Positions 54,486 to 64,000 of a DNA stretch of 64,000 nt are shown piece after piece. Every line of letters begins with the position of its first letter. Position 1 is the stretch's first letter. The notes below the pieces were generated by a model. The model saw nothing but the letters and a program-made list of their open reading frames with translations, was not told the origin of the DNA and did not search any database. The DNA lies in NCBI RefSeq assembly GCF_009914755.1, contig NC_060939.1. One strand, written 5' to 3'. A program made the position numbers and the translations under genes. This DNA is from the human T2T-CHM13v2.0 reference genome, Homo sapiens.

Positions 54486-55337
54486 CCAGGTTATTTTTTT
54501 CCTCTCTCTGTAATTTTCAGTGATAGATTTATACTTATTCCTTTTATTATTAATAGTTTATGTATGTAAATCCATAAATTATTTTGTTTGTAAAAAATAT
54601 TACAAGTTTAAAGTAAAAATTTCAAAACAATCTCTATAGTACACAAGCATACTTATTTCCTTATTTCATATCCTGAGGTTCTTAGAGAGTGTAAGCATAC
54701 ATTATGGAGCAAAAATTAAGTATGATTTACTATTCGTAACCTAAAATTAATTACCTATAATTTTATTTACTTTTGATGTGCAAAATTCGAAATTTTGCCA
54801 TTGGAAAAGGTTGCTTTCTATGTTTTCTTAACACCACTTTGGAACTTTAAAAGGCATTTAAAAAAATCCCTCATTCTAGTAGCAAGATCACTTAGGTCCA
54901 CCTTAAAGGTTTTTCTTTTCTTTTTTTTTCTCTAGGAATTGAAATTCTCCAAGAACTTTTAGTTCTATTTAGTGGAGAATAGCTTTACAGACCAAACTCT
55001 AGGCACTAGGTGTTAAATGCATTAGTTATTTTACTATTTTAAATTTGGGCTTTCGGAAATGATAATGTGATTTAAAATTAAATGAGAATATCTAGGTAGA
55101 GGTCATGTAGAATGTGAAGTGACCCTGCATAATTTTCCTTTTCTTTTGGGTCCTAATATCTTAGATATATATTTATAGGGTATGAGCTTGATTGTTTTTC
55201 CTATTAGACTTGTTTTGGCACAATACCACTTATTTCATTTTTTTTTTTTCAAAACGGAGTCTCGCTCCATTGCCCAGACTGGAGTGCAGTGGTGTGATCC
55301 TGGCTCACTGAAACCTCCACCTCCTGGGTTCAAGTGA

Positions 55338-55616
<279 letters not shown>

Positions 55617-55911
55617 TAATCCTTAAAGAGGATTAATAAGGGGAGAATATAAACAAACATGAAGGTTTGTTTTTGTGTCATCCACACATTTTTTAAACAT
55701 TTTAAAATTGAGTTTAGTTTATAACTGAGTAGAGTTTAAAATGTTAACATTTTGTCATTAGATAAATGCAAATTCCTATTTGTATTTATTATCTATGCCA
55801 AAACATTAAACTGTTGAAAAAATGTATTAAAGTATATCAGTATATTTAACCACATTAATTTTGAAATACAATTAATATTATTCATGAAATATTAAACCAT
55901 TACCCTGTACG

Positions 55912-56375
55912 TGTAGCGGGACGAACCACAGACAAGAACCCCTCAGACGACACCGAGTTGTGGAAGGAAAGGGCTTTATTCAGCTGGAAGCATCAGCAGA
56001 CTCACGTTTCCAAAAACCGAGCTCCCCGAGTGAGCAATTCCTGTCCCTTTTAAGGGCTTACAACTCTAACGGGGTCCGCGTGAGAGGGTCGTGATCAATT
56101 AAGCAAGCAGTGGGTACGTGACTGGGAGCTGCATGCACCGGTCATCAGAACGGAATAAAACAGGACAGGGATTTTCACAATGTTTTTCCATACAATGTCT
56201 GAAATCTATAGATAACACGAGCAGTTAGGTCAGGGGTTGATTCTTAACTACCAGGCCCAGGGCGTGATGCTGGGCTATCTGCCTGTGGATTCCATTTCTG
56301 CCTTTTAATTTTTACTTCTTTCTTTGGAGGCAGAAATTGGGCATAAGACAATATGAGGGGTGGTCTCCTCCCTTA
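55912..56375 (-). mobile_element. HERV-E 3' LTR (LTR2/LTR2B-type)
   Basis: Minus strand begins TAAGGGAGGAGACCACCCCTCATATTGTCTTATGCCC after PPT AAAGTGGGGGAA (56387-56376) and ends ...GCTACA; AATAAA present. Confidence 0.88.
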
Positions 56376-56402
56376 TTCCCCCACTTTGAGAACCTCAGTC
56401 AA

Positions 56403-58891
<2,489 letters not shown>

Positions 58892-58913
58892 GCTTCGGCC
58901 GTGCGTAGACCAG

Positions 58914-61490
58914 TCAGCTTCCGGGTGTGACTGGAGCAGGGTTTGTCGGCCTCCTCAGAGTCACTTCGCAGGGGTTGTCCGGGCTCGGTTTTGCCTCCCA
59001 GGTTTCAGCGGCTGCCAGTTTCACATGGCTGTGGTGGATCCAGGCTGGGATTCCTTCTACCTTTACAGCCGTGGGGGTGGTCAGGATGACGGTCTGAGGT
59101 CCTTTCCACCATGGCCGCAAAGGGGCTACGTTCCAGTCCTTGATCCACACACGATCAACTGGAAAGAAAGGATGAACTGGGGAGAACAAGCTGACAGGAC
59201 ACCTCTCATTTACCCAAGTCGAGATTGTCTGTGTAATTTTTCCCAAAGCCTGTAGCTGTCGCTGTAACTCAATGTCACCTAACTCTCGGGGAGTGCCTGG
59301 AAGTCCCCGTAGTATAGTAGGAGGCCTATGATACAGTATTTCATAAGGGGAGTATCCTGTTTTCTTAGAAGGGGTGCATCTAATTTTAAACAATACCATA
59401 GGAAGGGCCTGTATCCATTTTAATCCTGTTTCCTGACGTGCTTTCCCTAAACCATTTTTGATAGTCCGATTAATTCGCTCCACCTTTCCGAAACTCTGAG
59501 GTCAGTAGGCGGCACGCAGCTTCCAAGTGATTCCTAATGCCTTTGCTGTCTTCCGTACCAAGTCAGCCACAAACGCCGGCCCGTTATCTGAGCTGATTCA
59601 TAAGGGCAGTCCAAACCTAGGAATAAGGTCTCGGAGAAGCACAAGGGTTACTTCGTAGGCCTTTTCGGTTCGTGTTGGGGAAGACTCCGCCCACCCAGAG
59701 TAAGTACACACAAGAACCAGCAAATACTTGTTACCTCTACATTTTGGCATTTCTGTGAATTCCACCTGAAGATCCTCAAAAGGAGCTACTCCGTAAGCTT
59801 ATAGGCCGGGCAGAACAGTGGGGCCTTGCCTTGCGTTCTGCTGTCTGCAAGTAACGCACCGTTGTGCTACTGCTTTGGCAAGGGCTGGCAAGTGTAGAAG
59901 TACCGGCCTAACAACTTTTCAAGTGACTCTTGACCTAGATGAGTGGTTTCATGCATGGCCAGTATGATTGTGGCTCCCAGCAACTGCGGCACAGCTTCCC
60001 TCCCATCTGGCAGTCTGATCCATCCTTCTTTTATTACTTGCCCCCTTCTGTGTTGAAACATTCTTTTTCTTCCTTAGAATAGGTAGGTACCAGGTCAGGT
60101 GTTTGAGGGAGTAAGGAGGCTGCTACCGATGCCCAGTAAGGGGTAGATGCTGCTTTTTGAGCTTCTGAGTCAGCTCGGGAGTTTCCTAAGGCCACTGAAG
60201 TGGAGGTTCGCTGGTGTCCCCTGCAGTGCATGACTGCCACTCTCTGAGGTTTCCACACTGCCTCTAATAATTGTAGAATTTCTTGTTGATATTTTATGTC
60301 CTTTCCCCCAGAGTTTAACCGGCCCTTTTCCTTATATAATGCTCCACGCACTTGGAGGGTTAGAAAGGCATATCGAGAGTCAGTGTCGATGTTTACAGTC
60401 TTACCTTCACTGAGTTCTAGAGCCCAAGTTAAAGCAGTGAGCTCAGCCTTCTGGGCTGACGTCCCTGTGGCAACAGTTTGGCTTCAATGATAGCATCCAA
60501 AGTTACCACCACATATCCTGCATGTCTTTCTCCTTGTGGGTTGATGAAGCTGCTCCCATCCACGTATAACTCCCAGTCTACTGATGCCCATGGCTGGTCC
60601 TGAAAGTCAGGTCTGCTAGAACAAACTGAGTCCAACACTTCTACACAGTTATGCTCGACTGGGCTCTCATACTGGGAGCAGGGTGGTGGGATTTAGGGTG
60701 TTACAGACTTCAGTGGTTATGTGGGAATTTTCACACAGCCAGCTTTGGTACTTGGTTAATCTAGCGTTTGTTAGCTGATGCTGTCCTTTGGTATTCATCA
60801 AAGTTACCACAGCACGGGGGGCCTTTATATTCAGGTTTTGCCCAAGGGTTAGTTTATCTCCTTCTTGTGCTAACAGGGCTGTTGCTGCCAGGGCCCTTAG
60901 ACATGGGGCCCAGCCTTTAGAAACCCCATCTAGTTGTTTTGAGAGATAGGCTACTGGCCTTGGCCAGGGCCCCACAGTCTGGGTTAAAACTCCAACTGCC
61001 ATTTTATCTCTTTCTGACACATACAGTGTAAAGGGCTTTGTCAAATCTGGTAGTCCTAGGACTGGGGCCGACATAAGGTTTTCCTTTAACTCACGAAAGG
61101 CTTGCTGTTGTAGAGGTCCCCATTCAAAAGACTCCCGGTCGCCCCCCTTTGTAACTCCATACAAAGACTTGACCAGTACAGCAAAGTTTGGAATCCATAA
61201 TCTGCAAAACCCCACAGCTCCCAGGAATTCCCTTACTTGCCTTCTGGTTTTAGGTTCCTGTAGGCTGCAGATGACCCGCTTTCTTTCTGACCCCAGGCTG
61301 CGCTCCCCTTTCCGAATAGCGAATCCCAGGTAGTGTACCTGCTGTCTGCAGATCTGAGCTTTCTTCTTGGACACCTTATACACACAGTTCTCCAGGTGCT
61401 GAAGCAGGGCATCCGTCCCCTTCGCACACCCAACTGCCATGGCATGTTCCAGCAGAAGGTCATCCGTGTACAGGAGCAAGACGCAGCCTA
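58914..61490 (-). pseudogene. HERV-E pol remnant (C-terminal RT, RNase H, integrase)
   Basis: LLLYTDDLLL (YxDD), REFLGAVGFCRLWIP, RPVAYLSKQLD, LYVDGSSF, HETTHLG, ERINRTIK, WKGPQTVILTTPTAVKV; several frameshifts and stops. Confidence 0.92.
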
Positions 61491-61527
61491 GGGCATAAGA
61501 CAATATGAGGGGTGGGCTCCTCCCTTA
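61491..61527 (-). mobile_element. 37-bp stub of the HERV-E 5' LTR
   Basis: gggcataagacaatatgaggggtgggctcctccctta matches 56339-56375 with one mismatch; flanked by taca (61528-61531) versus tacg (55908-55911). Confidence 0.9.
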
Positions 61528-62100
61528 TACATGTGAATCAAATGTTACACGGTAGTTATAAATTAAGCTAAGAAAGTATTTAATAAAATAAACTCTATTT
61601 CCTTACATAGTCTGAATATGCATTCATAATGACCTGGAAGGCCAAATTTACATTTGGAATTCTCAGTCTCCTTGGGGTTTCATGCAGGAACATAGCAGAG
61701 CTAACAGCCTGTCATTGGACATAGAGATGTACACTCAAGACTCACAGGCCACCCTCAGAAGGACTAGCCAGAGAAAAGACTCCGGGAAGTAGCCTGGGGC
61801 TGTTGGGCAGGGATTCGAGGTAGCCAAACCATGATGTAGAAGGGTGAGCAGGTTGCAGGTGAACAGCTTCCTTACACTTGGAGAAAGTGCAACTGGAAGT
61901 GGTTCAGAGAGGCGGCCTTTAAACCAGGGGGCTCAGGATCTAAGGTCAGGAATGTTGGGAATGTTAACATCTTTCCAGGGTAAAATCCTTTTTTTTTTTT
62001 TTAATTCCTTAGCATCAAAATTTGGTCCTCTAATCAAGTGTTTGTAACTGGACAAATTGGGTTAGTATGCCTAGTCTACTTTTCTTTTTTTTTTTTTTAA

Positions 62101-62427
<327 letters not shown>

Positions 62428-62737
62428 TGAGCAGATCTATCGTTTTCTTCTTGGACTTTACCAGAAGCATTTTTTTTTTTAACTTTTCTGTAGAGACAGG
62501 GTCTTTATATTTTTCCCAGGCTGGTTTTGAACTCTTGGCTTTAAGCAATCTTCCCACTTCAGCCTCCCAATGTGTTGGAATTACAAGCACGAGCCACCAT
62601 GCCCAGCCACAGTCATTTTTCTGATTCACATCCTGACAGACATGAAATGGTTTTTTCTATCTGAGTGAGAACAAAACTGAAGCTTTTAATATTCACGAAC
62701 TGAATGCTTTTGAATTTGATAATTATACCTATGATAG

Positions 62738-63144
62738 TGTGTTCGGTCATTTTTGCATGCTATAAATACAAATGGATAATTTATAAAGAAAACATGTTTA
62801 ATTGGCTAATGGTTCTGCAGGCTTTACAAGAAGCGTAGTGTTGCCATCTGCTTCTGGTGAGGCCTCAGAAAGCTTACAATCATGGTGGAAGGCAACAGAA
62901 AGCTAGCATGTCCCATAGTGAGAGTGGGAGCAAGAGAGACAGGAGGAGGTGCCACAGACTTTTAAACAACCAGATCTTGGGTGAACTCAGAGCAAGAATT
63001 CGCTCATCACCAAAGGGACGGTGCTAAGCTATTCACAAGGGATCCTCCCCCATGATCCAAACACCTCCCAGCAGGCCCTAATTTCAACACTGAGGATTCC
63101 ATTTCAACATGAGATTTGGAGGGGACAACATCCAAATCATATCA
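62738..63144 (-). mobile_element. MST (MaLR) solo LTR
   Basis: MSTA/B motifs (cttctggtgaggcctcagaaagcttacaatcatgg; tttcaacatgagatttgga); TSD gatag. Confidence 0.82.
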
Positions 63145-63308
63145 GATAGGTGCCACAAATCCAATCAACCTCAGAGTCCTAAATATCTCTCAGATCCATC
63201 CACTTTTCACTGCCTCTGTCTTAATTTCTTGACGTATCAATAGCTGAGGATATCAATTCTATAGTCTTCTGCAATGCCCTAAGTGTTTCCTCCTTAGATT
63301 GAGGCAAT

Positions 63309-63527
63309 CTTTCTTTCTTTTTTTCTTTTCCTTTCTTTTCTTTCTTTCTTTCTCTCTTTCTTTCATTCTCTCTCTCTCTCTCTCTTTCTTTCCTTCTTTC
63401 TTTCTTTTCCTTCCTTCCTTTCTTTCCTTCCTTCTTTCTTTCTTTTCCTTCCTTCCTTCTTTCTTTTCCTTCCTTCCTTCCTTTGTTTCTTTCTTTTTTT
63501 CTTCTTTCTTTCTTTTTTTTTCTTTCT
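63309..63527. repeat. (CTTT/CCTT/CT)n polypyrimidine tract, expanded tail of an Alu monomer (63528-63633, minus)
   Basis: Read directly from the sequence. Confidence 0.92.
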
Positions 63528-64000
63528 GAGAGATGGGATCTCGCTCTGTTGACCAGGCTGGTCTTGAACTCCTGGCCTCAAGCGATCCTCTCATCTTGGC
63601 CTCCCAAAGTGCTGTGAGCCACTGCGCCCAGCCAAGACCCTTTCTAACCTACAGCTTATAGCAAAGGCTTCAGGTGAGCATGAGAGAAAAGCAGAAATAA
63701 CCTGCCGATGATAATACTGAATGCCTGATGCTAAATGAAAATGGAGAAGAGAAAAACTCTCTACTGGTATACAATATATAACTGTTTAAAAAGGATTTGG
63801 TCAATATTTTCCTCAAAGGAAAGAACATACTATGGATAGTGAAGACATTGAAAAATTATGCTAAGTGCATAATCTCTGAAACATGTTTATATTGGTACTA
63901 TTTACCTAAAAATTGAACTAGAAATGGTTGAACTTTAAATTTGACAGCTTTTCCCATGCAGTTCTTACAATAATGTTCTGCTACTTCAGAAATATGAAAT

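Noticed and set aside
60667-61503. 278-aa RT-like ORF starting at an ATG in the LTR stub
   Set aside because: Artefact of the deletion junction. It lacks the N-terminal RT motifs, has YTDD, ends at a premature stop and has no promoter.
63259-63594. K/E/R-rich and F/S/L-rich ORFs
   Set aside because: Translation of a simple CTTT/CCTT repeat.

Overview
Primate (very probably human, 15q21.3) repeat-dense genomic DNA. It carries the 5' part of DNAAF4 (DYX1C1, dynein axonemal assembly factor 4) on the minus strand. Four coding exons read directly from the sequence with canonical GT-AG boundaries: 43548-43426, 43078-42931, 36472-36339 and 12406-12175, i.e. c.1-637, codons 1-212 plus one base. There is a CpG-rich proximal promoter with RFX X-box-like motifs and a probable distal non-coding first exon near 53.4 kb. 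The rest is mostly transposon-derived: a near full-length old L1PB interrupted by nine Alus, a 5'-truncated L1PA, a deleted ERV1 provirus with nested MER11 and THE1 LTRs, a HERV-E (LTR2-type) provirus with a large 5' deletion, solo LTRs (LTR12, MLT2A, MER21, MER34-like, LTR26-like, THE1/MST), DNA-transposon relics and more than 50 Alus. I see no evidence for a wholly new gene system. The most unusual observations are an integrase segment copied into the HERV-E env gene, a 37-bp 5'-LTR stub, three uORFs in the DNAAF4 leader (one overlapping the start codon), a sense-oriented MLT2A with a DUX4-type site, an antisense CCAAT-rich LTR12, several perfect fold-back palindromes and repeated reuse of the same Alu target sites. 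Repeat subfamily names come from recalled consensus features and need RepeatMasker/Dfam confirmation.
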